DNA of 64,000 nucleotides, from assembly GCA_965215195.1 (NCBI GenBank), contig CBDCDC010000001.1, forward strand, positions 416,001 through 480,000. The letters are read 5' to 3'. A model generated the notes under the pieces. It did not search any database, was not told where the DNA came from, and saw nothing but the letters and a program-made list of their open reading frames with translations. Source of the stretch: Candidatus Latescibacterota bacterium (GTDB lineage: Bacteria > Latescibacterota > UBA2968 > UBA8231). Position numbers and translations under genes: made by a program. Of this stretch, positions 1 to 9,797 are shown in pieces (within the stretch, counting starts at the first letter, position 1; every line of letters begins with the position of its first letter).

Positions 1-525
1 ACCCAGTGGCATTCCGATGGCTACCAAAAGGAAGTGCGCCACGTCAAAATCGCCTTCTACCTCGATCGCCTGACCCGCGACACCGGCTGCCTGCGCGTGA
101 TCCCGGGCAGCCACCGGCGCGGCGACCAGTACGCCGAGACGCTCGAAGCCAACGCGCGCCAATCGCAGGACCTGTGGGGCCTCTCCGGCGACCAAGTGCC
201 GGCCGTCGCGCTCGAAATCGTCCCGGGAGACGTCGTCGTCTTCCAGCACAACCTCAAACACGCGGCCTTCGGGGGCGGTGGCCGTCGCCGCATGTTCACC
301 ATCAACTGCATGGTGCGCGTACCCGACGATCAGCTCGACCTCGTCAAACAGGACATCGCCGGACTGGCCCGCTTCTGGACGGAGCGCGCGTACGGCGAAA
401 CCATGCTCGCCACGGCCAATGAACGCCGCATGGTGCATCTCGAACAGCGAATGGCCAACGACGGCCACCTCAAAGAGCTAGCGGCGAAGGCGCGGGCCGA
501 CATGGCCGAGCCTTCGCGGGGATAG
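1..525 (+). CDS. PhyH-family Fe(II)/2OG dioxygenase (5'-partial)
   Basis: Frame is open from base 1: TQWHSDGY (HxD motif), GCLRVIPGSH, PGDVVVFQHNLKHAA, RR; stop at 525. Confidence 0.9.
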   Translation, partial: TQWHSDGYQKEVRHVKIAFYLDRLTRDTGCLRVIPGSHRRGDQYAETLEANARQSQDLWGLSGDQVPAVALEIVPGDVVVFQHNLKHAAFGGGGRRRMFTINCMVRVPDDQLDLVKQDIAGLARFWTERAYGETMLATANERRMVHLEQRMANDGHLKELAAKARADMAEPSRG

Positions 526-532
526 AGAAATC

Positions 533-1459
533 ATGAGCGACCACTACGAATTCAAAATGGGGATCTACCTCGGAGAGCTGCAGCAGCCATTCGAGCAATC
601 GCTGGCGACGGCGCGCGATCTCGGCGCACGCTACATCTGGTGCGGCACGCACTCGGACAACCGCAGCCTGTACGAGCTTTCCGACGCCGAGATAGATCAA
701 GCCGCCGCGCAAGTCGCCGCGCACGGTCTCGAGTTTTTCCTGCTCGACGGGGCCGGGTTGTTCAAGACAGTGCATCTCGCCGAGCTCGAGCCGGGCAAGA
801 TGCTGGAGCACGCCCAGTTCAAGGAGCATTTCACCAAGCTAAAACGGTCCATGGAGGTCTCGGCCCGCTTGGGGATCGGAGCGGTCGGCTGCAGCAGCTT
901 TGCCTGGCCGGCCGAGTACAGCGGCGGCAAGCCGACTTGGCCGATGCGCTGGGCGACCCGGGGCGGCATCATCTCCGACGGCGACATGGAGAAGCTCGTC
1001 GAGGCGTTCTCCATGTTCGCCGACCTCGCCGAGAAGCGCGACATCGACATCGCCTTCCTGATGATGCAGTGGAATTATGGCAACACCAGCCGCAACTTTC
1101 GCCGCATCGTCGAGGCCGTAGGCTCGCGGCGCTTCAAGGTGCTGTGGTGCCCAGCCGACAACTACAACTGCGGCGAAATCGACAACGCCACCGCCGGATT
1201 TGAAAACCTGCGCCCCTACCTGCACGGCGTCCACGCCAAGGATCTGCGCACCATAAACGGCTCAAAGCTCGAATTCGAGTACGCGCCCATCGGCGATGGG
1301 GACGTTGACTACCCCACGATCCTGCGCAACCTGCGCGACAACCGCTGCGACGTCGTCCTGTCGATTGCCACCCACTTTCTGCCGGCAAGCGGGTCGCGGC
1401 TCGAAGCCATGCAGACGAACTACGCCAATATCCGCAGGCTAATCGGCGAGCTGTCGTAG
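533..1459 (+). CDS. Sugar phosphate isomerase/epimerase (AP endonuclease 2 TIM barrel)
   Basis: 308 aa; VHAKD and PIGDGDVDYPTILRNL motifs typical of the xylose-isomerase-like TIM barrel family. Confidence 0.8.
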   Translation: MSDHYEFKMGIYLGELQQPFEQSLATARDLGARYIWCGTHSDNRSLYELSDAEIDQAAAQVAAHGLEFFLLDGAGLFKTVHLAELEPGKMLEHAQFKEHFTKLKRSMEVSARLGIGAVGCSSFAWPAEYSGGKPTWPMRWATRGGIISDGDMEKLVEAFSMFADLAEKRDIDIAFLMMQWNYGNTSRNFRRIVEAVGSRRFKVLWCPADNYNCGEIDNATAGFENLRPYLHGVHAKDLRTINGSKLEFEYAPIGDGDVDYPTILRNLRDNRCDVVLSIATHFLPASGSRLEAMQTNYANIRRLIGELS

Positions 1460-1498
1460 CCTCTACCGTCTCATTCCGAATCCAACAGGAAGGTAGGC

Positions 1499-2242
1499 AT
1501 GGCTGATTCGGCGCAGGGCGCCAGCGTCGTCATTCTATTCCGGGGTGGACGCTTGCCTGAGTGGCATCAACTCGACGAGACGCAGCGGCGCGACTACGAG
1601 CGCCAGCACGTGGACCTGATGCTGTCCGTCTCCGAGCACCACGGCTTGCTCGGCCTGCACGGGTATCGCCTGCTGGCACCCCGAGACAGTTGGGAGCGGT
1701 TCTGGACCATCGAATTCCCGGACTTGGCCGGTGCCGAGGCCTGGATGTCGGCTGAAGTGGAGCCTCCGTACGGACGCTATGGCTTCTACGACTACTCACT
1801 CGCCCGCCGCTGGCAACCGGAGGGCCTAGCTTGGCTACCCCGCAAGCCCGAGCCTCCCGTGGCCCCCGACGCGGATCCGCACGTAATCCCACCCCTGACC
1901 GTTGATCCCTCCTCGATCGTCGTACTCGCCTTTGGCGGCTGGCGTCGCGGCTCCGACCAAGTTGACCCCCGGACGCACGGCGACGAGGAGCACCAGCAGC
2001 GATTACAGGAGGTGGCCCGAGGCCACGGCCTCATCCACGGAGCGGTCTTCCGCCGGTTCGGGACCAGCACCAAAGGCGAATTTCTTTGGATCTTGGAGTT
2101 CCCCCGGCTGGCCGGTGCCGAGGCTTGGATCGAAGCCGAGACAGCACCACTAGCCAGAGTCCAGCAAAAACGCAACTTCCACCTCGCCAGACGCTGGGCA
2201 CCCGGGTACTTCGCCACTTGGCCGCCGAGGATGGGCGGCTGA
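1499..2242 (+). CDS. Hypothetical protein with two repeated alpha/beta (chlorite-dismutase/DUF6616-like) units
   Basis: RBS AGGAAGG; internal repeat FWTIEFPDLAGAEAW..LARRW / LWILEFPRLAGAEAW..LARRW. Confidence 0.6.
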   Translation: MADSAQGASVVILFRGGRLPEWHQLDETQRRDYERQHVDLMLSVSEHHGLLGLHGYRLLAPRDSWERFWTIEFPDLAGAEAWMSAEVEPPYGRYGFYDYSLARRWQPEGLAWLPRKPEPPVAPDADPHVIPPLTVDPSSIVVLAFGGWRRGSDQVDPRTHGDEEHQQRLQEVARGHGLIHGAVFRRFGTSTKGEFLWILEFPRLAGAEAWIEAETAPLARVQQKRNFHLARRWAPGYFATWPPRMGG

Positions 2243-2272
2243 GGTCCAGCGGGCGAGCGACCGCACCCGCCA

Positions 2273-3016
2273 TCAGAGCAGCATGTCGCCCACCAAGGCC
2301 AGTGCAAAGCCGCATACGGCACCGATGGGGGGTAGCCAGTGGCGTTCGAGTCGGGATTGGGGAGCGATGTCCTCAAACGTGAGGTAGAGGATGCCGCCAG
2401 CGGCGAACAGCATAATGGCCCCGAGTACTGCGTCGTGATCGGCGAGCCAGAACCAGCCGATGAGTCCGCAGATGGGACCGACCAAGCCGAATAGGACCAT
2501 CCAGCCGAGTGCCCGGTCGCCGCCCGACTTGTCCCCTATCTCACGCCAAGCGTTGAACCCTTCGGGCAGATTCTGCAGGCCAATGAGCACAGCCAATAGA
2601 ACGGTGTCTTCTTCGTTGGCGGCGAACATGCCCCCGAGTGCAATGGATTCAGGGATGAAATCCGCCGCCATCGCGCTGAACTGCGGTGTCGGCCGCTGTA
2701 GTTGCGCTTGGTACTTATCAAACGCCATGAACGCGAGGCCGCCGACCACCAAGATCCCTGTCGCGGCGAGCGGATGCGGCAGCCGCTCAATGCCCTCAGG
2801 AACCAACACTAGCGCCACGGCACCGACCAAGACGCCCCCGCCAAACGCGATTGCGAAGTGGCGCAGTTCCTCTTCGAGCCACTGTGGGCGGATGTGCTCA
2901 ATGCGGGCCAGCAGTGCCCCGATGGGAATGCAGGCCCCGGCCAGCGTGGTCCAGATTAGCAGCAGGGTGAGCCGATCCAAACCGACGCGAATCAGTTCCT
3001 GTTCAGCGGTTTCCAC
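2273..3016 (-). CDS. ZIP-family (ZupT/GufA-like) divalent metal transporter
   Basis: Multi-TM protein; FGGGVL, IGLQNLPEGF, FAAGGILYL..EDIAP motifs. Confidence 0.85.
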   Translation of the reverse strand: METAEQELIRVGLDRLTLLLIWTTLAGACIPIGALLARIEHIRPQWLEEELRHFAIAFGGGVLVGAVALVLVPEGIERLPHPLAATGILVVGGLAFMAFDKYQAQLQRPTPQFSAMAADFIPESIALGGMFAANEEDTVLLAVLIGLQNLPEGFNAWREIGDKSGGDRALGWMVLFGLVGPICGLIGWFWLADHDAVLGAIMLFAAGGILYLTFEDIAPQSRLERHWLPPIGAVCGFALALVGDMLL

Positions 3017-3045
3017 ACCTCACTCCGTTGGGATTTAGAACGCGC

Positions 3046-4014
3046 TCAGAACCAGTTTTCTTTATTCACCACATTCACCAAGACCTCGCCGCGGGCGAAG
3101 CGCTGGCAATTTTCCACCAGCAGATCGCGCCGGCGCTCGTCCAGATAAGGGCCGGCCGCGGCCACGTGCGGGGTCATCAGAAAGTTCGGAGCCGTCCACA
3201 GCGGGTGCTCCGGCGGCAGTGGCTCCTCCTCAAATACGTCTAGGCCGGCACCGGCGATTTGGCCTTCGCGCAGGGCTTGGTCGAGGTCGGCCAGCTTAGC
3301 GTTTGCGCCGCGACCAATGTTGACGAAGTACGCGCTGTTCTTCATCTGCTCGAACTGGGCGCTAGTGAAAAGGCCCTCGGTCTGCGGCGTCTGCGGCGCG
3401 GTGACCAAGACGAAATCCGCCCTCGGCAGGAGCCGGTTGAGCGCGTCCGGGCGGTATAACTCGTCAACGCCCGCCGGCGGCGACTCAACGCGAGGGTCGA
3501 TGCCAATGGTCGTCATGCCCCAATTCTTGCACTGGTGCGCGGTCTCTGCACCAATCCCGCCGACGCCGACGATCAGGGCGGTGGCTTCGGGCAGGTAGGT
3601 CGAGGAGCTCGATTCCCCTCGGCTGCGCCAATGGCCGGCGAACTGGTCGCGGAAGTAGCGGTGCATGCCGCGCGCGAGCGCGAGCACAAAGGCCATGATA
3701 TGGGCCGAGATGTGGTCGTTGAAGATGCCGCGAAAATTGGTCACAACCACGTCGCTGGCGATGAGTTGCGGGAAGTAATACCCCTTGGGCGGGCCAGCGG
3801 CTGGGGCGGCCAACCACTTGAGCTGGGCGGCCGCGGCCAACAGCTCTGGGTCCAAGGTGCCGAAACAGGCTTGCGCGGTGGGGAGAGCGGCGAGAGCTTG
3901 GGCGCGGCTTGCGCAGTGGACGATCTCCATCGCGGGGACGGCCGCGGACATGGCAGCGGCTAGCTCGCGGGTGCGCTCGCTAGCAGGTGCCAGAAAAACG
4001 AACTTGAAGGACAT
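3046..4014 (-). CDS. D-2-hydroxyacid dehydrogenase (NAD-binding)
   Basis: GVGGIG Rossmann motif, NIGRG, LDVFEEEPL, TPHVA; start reset to MSFKF behind RBS AAAGGA. Confidence 0.9.
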   Translation of the reverse strand: MSFKFVFLAPASERTRELAAAMSAAVPAMEIVHCASRAQALAALPTAQACFGTLDPELLAAAAQLKWLAAPAAGPPKGYYFPQLIASDVVVTNFRGIFNDHISAHIMAFVLALARGMHRYFRDQFAGHWRSRGESSSSTYLPEATALIVGVGGIGAETAHQCKNWGMTTIGIDPRVESPPAGVDELYRPDALNRLLPRADFVLVTAPQTPQTEGLFTSAQFEQMKNSAYFVNIGRGANAKLADLDQALREGQIAGAGLDVFEEEPLPPEHPLWTAPNFLMTPHVAAAGPYLDERRRDLLVENCQRFARGEVLVNVVNKENWF

Positions 4015-4204
4015 GGCATTCCTTTCGCTAATTTGCACAGGGATAGGGCCGTTTTGGCGGGAATATATCGCAAGGCACCTGAGACGACAATTGAGCCGCA
4101 ATCCCTCCCGCTCCTGTCAAACCGTTCACTTTTGTCGGCATCGTGCGTATATTTCCCGCTAGATGCAGCATCACTCCCTAGACCCTCAATCAACGGCTTT
4201 GGCC

Positions 4205-4585
4205 ATGCCCCCCTGCTCCCCAATAACACCCGCTGAAATGGATGCCTACCGCGAGGCGGCCCGCCAACGCCACCGCGCCGCAAAGGAGCGTCTGCAGATT
4301 CGTCGTCAGCGCGCTTGGAACCTAGCGCGGCAAGCCGCCCGCCTACTAGAAAACCACTTCAACGCCAAGCGGGTAGTGCTCTTCGGCTCACTGGCGCACG
4401 AGGACCGACTCAACCTCTGGTCCGATATAGATATCGCCGCTTGGGGCCTCCAGCCCGAGGACACTTGGCGGGCACTCGGAGCGGTCATGGATCTCGACTC
4501 GGATATCGAAGTGAACTTGGTCGATATGGCCTGCTGTCGTCCTGTTTTAAGAGCGGTTATCGAGCGCGAAGGGATCGAGCTGTGA
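4205..4585 (+). CDS. MNT minimal nucleotidyltransferase (MntA-like antitoxin)
   Basis: VVLFGS...SDIDIA motif; start uncertain (4163/4205/4238); stop overlaps next start (GTGA). Confidence 0.85.
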   Translation: MPPCSPITPAEMDAYREAARQRHRAAKERLQIRRQRAWNLARQAARLLENHFNAKRVVLFGSLAHEDRLNLWSDIDIAAWGLQPEDTWRALGAVMDLDSDIEVNLVDMACCRPVLRAVIEREGIEL

Positions 4586-5070
4586 TCGCCCACTACATCG
4601 TCAGTGCCGAGCGCATCCGCCGCGAATTAGAAGAGCTCGAACAGGTTGTGACGCGAGTTCGCCGAGCTGTGGAGGCCACCGAAGGAGACTCGGTGGATAG
4701 CGACCTCTATTGGGACGCGATCGCGCTCAACCTGCACGATTTCTACACGGGCGTAGAGCGCCTTCTGCGCCATATCGCCGCCCAAGTAGATGGACACCTA
4801 CCCGAAGGCAGCGAATGGCATCGAGAGTTGCTGCGGCAAATGGCCACCCAGCTACCGCGAATTCGGCCGGCCGTGTTTTCTAACGCGACCATCAAGCGCT
4901 TGGACGAATATCTGCGCTTCCGCCACGTGGTGCGCAACGTCTATGCCTTTGCGCTCGACCCGCAGCGCATAAGGCCCTTGGTCGAAGCGCTAGAAGGCGA
5001 CTTCGCCCAAGTCAAGGATGAGCTAGCGATCTTTATCGACTTTCTCGCAGGATTGGCCGACGCCGACTAG
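4582..5070 (+). CDS. HEPN-domain toxin (HepT-like) of a type VII TA pair
   Basis: GTG start coupled to the MNT stop; LHDFYTGVE, WHRELL, RFRHVVRNVY. Confidence 0.85.
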   Translation: MIAHYIVSAERIRRELEELEQVVTRVRRAVEATEGDSVDSDLYWDAIALNLHDFYTGVERLLRHIAAQVDGHLPEGSEWHRELLRQMATQLPRIRPAVFSNATIKRLDEYLRFRHVVRNVYAFALDPQRIRPLVEALEGDFAQVKDELAIFIDFLAGLADAD

Positions 5071-5081
5071 CTCCTCGTCCA

Positions 5082-6446
5082 ATGAACGATCCCACGCCCC
5101 CAGCCCTACTCTACGCCAAGGTCGCCCTGCCCCCGGCGTTCACCCGTCCCGACGCAAGCGGCCGGCCGGTAGGCGGCGACCTCCGCATCGGCGACCTGAC
5201 TGGAGACGGGCAGGTCGATTTCCTCGTGTACAATGCCTTGGGGGGCATCAAACCCTGCTTTCTAGGGGCCTTTTCGCTCGCCGGCGAGCCGCTCTGGACG
5301 GTGGGGAGTCGGGATTTTACGGCTCTCGACGCGGACGCACCGGGACGCCTCACCGCGATTTCTCCCGACCGCCCGGGGCCGGTAGCCATCTGCGACATAG
5401 ACCAAGACGGGCGGCAAGAGGTCCTCTGCTTCCTCGTCGATCCCCGCGTGAAGCGCACCAGCAAATGGAACCTCGCAGACGTTCACATCGCCATCCTCGA
5501 CGGGCGCACAGGTGCGGTCAAACGCTGGGCCGCGCCCGAGGAACTAGCCCGCTGCAACGCCTGCGCGGACGGAGAAATGCACGTCCCCAACTACGTGCAT
5601 CAGCGGCTGCTAATCGCCAACTTCTCCGGGCACGACCAGCCGCGCGATTTTGTCGTCAAGCTGGGCAGCGATGTCCTCGCGTTCAACGACCGGCTCGAAG
5701 TGCTGTGGCACTATCGCAGCAAGTGGCATCGCTATCCGCAGCACGCGGCGTACATTCCGGCTGTCGGCGACCTGGATGGCGATGGGCGCGACGAGGTCAA
5801 CGGCGGGCACTTCGGCCTCGACCACGACGGGCGCGTCTTGTGGGAAACCTTTTTGGGCGACCATGCCGACAGCGCATTGGTGGACCAATGGGGAACGGGG
5901 CCAGCGGCCATGGTCTCGGGCGGCGGCCAAGTGCTCGACCAAAGCGGACGACGCCTACTGCACTTGGGGGCGGACGTGGTGCCGCACGGGCAGGAAGTGC
6001 GCTGCGGCAACTTGCGGCCCGAGCTAGCGGGCCGCGAATTGGCCCTACGCTACAACGGGCACCATGCCGACGTGATGATCGTCGCGCACAGCGGCGCAGT
6101 GCTCAGCCGCTTTCGGGTAGATGAGTCGCCGAACAACACCGGGCTAGAAATCGTGCGCTGGAATGGGCCGGAACAAGGGGATTTGCTGTACAGTCCGGCC
6201 GCCCTCTTCAACGGTCGCGGCCACAAGGTCGCAACCTTCCCGGGGCTACCCGCGCCGACCGGGGGCAAGATGGGATGGTATCACTGCTTTCCGGCCGATG
6301 TGTGCGGCGACGAGCGCGAGGAAGTGGTGCTCTACGATCCATATAGCGATGCCGTGTACATCTACACGCCCGCGCCGCTCGACGAGAGCCGGTTTGGCCG
6401 CTACCACCACGGCCCGCGCCAGTACAACGCACGCCTCCTCAATTGA
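5082..6446 (+). CDS. FG-GAP/VCBS beta-propeller protein, rhamnogalacturonan lyase (PL11)-like
   Basis: Repeated DxxxDGxxE/D Ca-blade motifs (GDLTGDGQVD, DIDQDGRQE, GDLDGDGRDE, ADVCGDEREE). Confidence 0.65.
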   Translation: MNDPTPPALLYAKVALPPAFTRPDASGRPVGGDLRIGDLTGDGQVDFLVYNALGGIKPCFLGAFSLAGEPLWTVGSRDFTALDADAPGRLTAISPDRPGPVAICDIDQDGRQEVLCFLVDPRVKRTSKWNLADVHIAILDGRTGAVKRWAAPEELARCNACADGEMHVPNYVHQRLLIANFSGHDQPRDFVVKLGSDVLAFNDRLEVLWHYRSKWHRYPQHAAYIPAVGDLDGDGRDEVNGGHFGLDHDGRVLWETFLGDHADSALVDQWGTGPAAMVSGGGQVLDQSGRRLLHLGADVVPHGQEVRCGNLRPELAGRELALRYNGHHADVMIVAHSGAVLSRFRVDESPNNTGLEIVRWNGPEQGDLLYSPAALFNGRGHKVATFPGLPAPTGGKMGWYHCFPADVCGDEREEVVLYDPYSDAVYIYTPAPLDESRFGRYHHGPRQYNARLLN

Positions 6447-6458
6447 ATACGGTCCATC

Positions 6459-7709
6459 ATGGTCGACAAATTCCTAATCGCATCCATTGACTGCTGGCGC
6501 TACGACGCCCTGAGCCGGACGAACCCGCGCTTTAACACGCCCAAATTCGATCTGCTGACGCGGGATTACGCCTTTGCTGAGCACTACTTTGTCACCGCGC
6601 CGGCCACCCGCCCTTCGCATACCTCGCTGTTCACCGGGCTGTACCCTTTTGAGCACGGGCTTTTTGGGCAGACCTACTTGAAGATGTTCGCGGACGTGGT
6701 CAACCTGTTCGACGTTTTTGCCGCGGCCGGGTACAAGGTGCGGGGATTTTCCGAGCGGCCGGACGTATTCCGCTTCCTCGACTTCGCGCCTTTTATCGGG
6801 CCAGTCGATCCGGCAGCCACCCAGCAGCACCTAGGGTCGCTTGAACGCTTGTGCGCCGCGCTGATTGAGCCGAGCGGGCCGCAGTTTAAGTTCCTCCACT
6901 TTTGGTACACGCACGGCGGCTATGGCTTGAGCGACGTACCCCATCGGCCCGATTTGCGGCAGCTAGTGGCGGCTGGGCAGGTGGAGGAGGCTCTGCGCTA
7001 CTACGAAGCGGCGGTGACGCACGTACTGGAGTTTTCCCTCGTCGAGCTGCTCAAGCGCATCGACCTCAGCGAGTGGGCGGTCTTTATCTGCGGCGATCAC
7101 GGCGAGGGGTTTTGTGGGGAGGTTATGGCGCATGGCGACCGGCTGCATCCCAACGTGGTTCACGTGCCCATGTTAGCGCACATACCGGGCGGGTTTTCCT
7201 TTCCACGCGACGAGGCCGTCTCCGCCATCGACCTCTTTCCGACCATCGCGGCCTTGGCCGACCTGCCCGTTGACTACCGAGGATTCGGCCAGAACTGGCT
7301 GGAGCCGAGCGCGGCCTTGGCCGAGCGTTGGGTACTATCTGAGCTAGACAGCCTGTACGGGATTGGTTTTCTCAACGCCGACAACCTGCATTTGCCCGAG
7401 GAACGCATCACATCGCCTACGGCTATCGACGGCGAGGACATGGTGCGCTGTGCCGAGGGCATCCGCGAGTGGTGCCTGTGCGATGGGCGGCATTTCTACC
7501 GCGAGAACGAACAGACGGGCGCCTACGTCCTGCGCGGCCTGCGCTGCGGCGACAGCGATTTGGTTTGCGCGGAGCCATCGTTCTACCGCTCGCAATATCG
7601 CGCCTTGCGCGAGCGCTCCGCCCATCAGCAGATGCAGGCTCAAAGTGCGGCGGCCGGCGAGGCCGCGATCCTCAAAAAACGCCTGCGCGCCCTCGGGTAC
7701 TTAGATTGA
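6459..7709 (+). CDS. Sulfatase-like alkaline-phosphatase-superfamily hydrolase
   Basis: SIDCWRYD, TRPSHTSLFTGLYP, GDHGE, HVPM, C-terminal RLRALGYLD. Confidence 0.8.
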   Translation: MVDKFLIASIDCWRYDALSRTNPRFNTPKFDLLTRDYAFAEHYFVTAPATRPSHTSLFTGLYPFEHGLFGQTYLKMFADVVNLFDVFAAAGYKVRGFSERPDVFRFLDFAPFIGPVDPAATQQHLGSLERLCAALIEPSGPQFKFLHFWYTHGGYGLSDVPHRPDLRQLVAAGQVEEALRYYEAAVTHVLEFSLVELLKRIDLSEWAVFICGDHGEGFCGEVMAHGDRLHPNVVHVPMLAHIPGGFSFPRDEAVSAIDLFPTIAALADLPVDYRGFGQNWLEPSAALAERWVLSELDSLYGIGFLNADNLHLPEERITSPTAIDGEDMVRCAEGIREWCLCDGRHFYRENEQTGAYVLRGLRCGDSDLVCAEPSFYRSQYRALRERSAHQQMQAQSAAAGEAAILKKRLRALGYLD

Positions 7710-8776
7710 TTGCTTTTGTCTTGTTGCTCGTCTTGGCCGGGTGCGGCGAGGATGCAGGCGTGGCTAGCACCTCAAACGGCGACTGTGCAGGTACTGTTCT
7801 GCCGGGCAACCGCATCGTGCGCTCGCGCGAAGACGCGGATGCGCTGGACAAGGAGGGGGGGTGCAATTACACCATTGCTGGCGACCTTGAAATTACGCGC
7901 CTGAACCTCGCCCTTTTTGACGGCTTGGACCAACTCAGCGCGGTAGATGGCAACCTCACTATCCACGACAACGACGAACTCAAAAACTTTGAGGGGCTGA
8001 ACAACCTCGCCTCCGTGGGCGGGGATGTCGCCATCCACCACAACGACGCCCTCGTCGATCTCAAGGGGCTGTCCTTCCTCCACACAATCGGCGGGCACTT
8101 CAGCGTCTCCCACAACGACAAGCTGACCGCCGTAGATGGCCTAATCAAACTCAACGCGGTCGCCGGCAACGTGTGCATCGACAACAACAACCAATTGACC
8201 GATGTCGATGGCCTGTTCGGCCTCGCCGAGGTCGGCGGCAGCTTCATCATCGCGTTTAACCCCTCTCTCAAACTCATAGAGGACCTTTCGAATCTCAGCC
8301 GCGTCGGCCGCGACCTCGTCGTCGAGGACAACTTGGCCCTCGTCGCGCTAGAAGATGTATCGTCTCTAAAGGAAGTTGGCGGCAGCTTGCGCATTGGACG
8401 CAATGCCGCGTTGGACGTGGTCGAGGATGTATCCAGCCTAACGCGCGTCGGCCAAGACCTGAGCATTTACAGCAACCCGCGACTGACAAGTCTCGCCGGG
8501 CTGGCGAGCCTCAGCCGCGTCGGCGGCCATCTCAACCTCTACAACAACGAAAAACTTTCTACTTTAGCGGGATTGGCAAGCCTCGAGCAGGTCGCTCAAG
8601 ACCTCAACATCTACGACAACGAAAAACTGACGAGTCTCGCTGGGCTGGCCCAGCTCGTCGGCATTGGGGGCAACGTGCTCATCGTCGAAAACGGCAACTT
8701 ACCTACGAGCGAGGCCCAAGCCCTAGCCGAGCGGGCCGCAACAGGCGAGGTATCCATCGCCAACAACGCGGATTAG
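7706..8776 (+). CDS. Lipoprotein with Receptor-L-domain/LRR-like 25-aa repeats
   Basis: TTG start overlapping the upstream TGA; lipobox LAGC; about 11 repeats like LxxLxxVGGxLxIxxNxxL. Confidence 0.8.
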   Translation: MIAFVLLLVLAGCGEDAGVASTSNGDCAGTVLPGNRIVRSREDADALDKEGGCNYTIAGDLEITRLNLALFDGLDQLSAVDGNLTIHDNDELKNFEGLNNLASVGGDVAIHHNDALVDLKGLSFLHTIGGHFSVSHNDKLTAVDGLIKLNAVAGNVCIDNNNQLTDVDGLFGLAEVGGSFIIAFNPSLKLIEDLSNLSRVGRDLVVEDNLALVALEDVSSLKEVGGSLRIGRNAALDVVEDVSSLTRVGQDLSIYSNPRLTSLAGLASLSRVGGHLNLYNNEKLSTLAGLASLEQVAQDLNIYDNEKLTSLAGLAQLVGIGGNVLIVENGNLPTSEAQALAERAATGEVSIANNAD

Positions 8777-9525
8777 CCACCAGCCATCCCCGTAATAACC
8801 TGCTCCACCGCGGCAACGGTCGTCTCCTTGGGGTCGATGTCGGAGGCGACGACGCGGCCTTGGCGCAGCACCACGATTCGGTCCACCACCTCAAAGACGT
8901 GGTGGATGTTGTGCGCGATGAAAATGCAGGAGTGGCCCGAGTCGCGGGCATTGCGGACAAAGCGCAAGACGCCTTGGGTCTCGGCGACGCCTAGGTTGTT
9001 GGTCGGCTCGTCGAGAATGATTAGCTCGCTGTCGAAGTGCATGGCCCGCGCAATGGCCACGGATTGACGCTCTCCGCCCGACAACGCGCCGATGGGCGTC
9101 GTCGGGGGAATGTCCTTTTCAATGCCCACCTGCTTGAGCAAGGCACGGGCCACATTCGCCATGGCCTCTTGGTCCATGCGCCCTAAAAACGCCGGGCCTT
9201 TCAGGGGTTCGCGGCCCAAGAAAAAGTTCCGCGCAATGGACAATTCCGCGACGAGGGCCGAGTCCTGATAGATGGTTTCAATGCCGTAGGTAATGGCGTC
9301 GGCTGTGCTCTTTATGTCGGCTCTTGCGCCGCGAATGAAGATGGCGCCGCTGCTGGCTGGGACGGCTCCAGAGAGAATTTTGATCAGGGTGGATTTACCG
9401 GCCCCATTGTCGCCGAGCAAGCCGACGATCTCGCGCTCGCCGACCGTCAAGTGGACGTTTTCGAGGGCGCGCACCCTGCCGTAGAACTTGTTGATGTTTT
9501 CCATCTGCACCAGTGCCATTGTCAT
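8773..9525 (-). CDS. Sugar ABC transporter ATP-binding protein
   Basis: GDNGAGKST Walker A, LSGGERQ signature, IILDEPT Walker B. Confidence 0.95.
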   Translation of the reverse strand: MTMALVQMENINKFYGRVRALENVHLTVGEREIVGLLGDNGAGKSTLIKILSGAVPASSGAIFIRGARADIKSTADAITYGIETIYQDSALVAELSIARNFFLGREPLKGPAFLGRMDQEAMANVARALLKQVGIEKDIPPTTPIGALSGGERQSVAIARAMHFDSELIILDEPTNNLGVAETQGVLRFVRNARDSGHSCIFIAHNIHHVFEVVDRIVVLRQGRVVASDIDPKETTVAAVEQVITGMAGG

Positions 9526-9797
9526 CGCCTAGTCCTATTTTTTGTGGGCAGTGGCTTTTGGTTTCGCTACAATTTCGTCAATGCCGCCACGGCCAAACCG
9601 GCCATAGAAAGCATCATCAGCGTATAAAATTGCTTGTCGGCCCGCGCCCGTTGGTCTCGTACCGCCGCCCCGAATGCTCAGCAATGCCCTCCAACCTGCT
9701 GAGCCGTTCAGCATGACTTACCAGTAAAGCATCCGTGGATTCCATGACCTTCGTCGCGTCCGCGCCGAAAGGGTACGCAGGTATTTTCATAAAAAGG

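Noticed and set aside
7900-8700. 75-bp-period DNA repeats that could look like an array
   Set aside because: They are in-frame coding repeats of the Receptor-L lipoprotein; there is no repeat-spacer structure and no cas genes.
9617-9790. Small minus-strand ORF (..LLVSHAERLSRLEG..) inside the insertion
   Set aside because: Under 60 aa with no recognisable family; it might be a remnant but cannot be supported.
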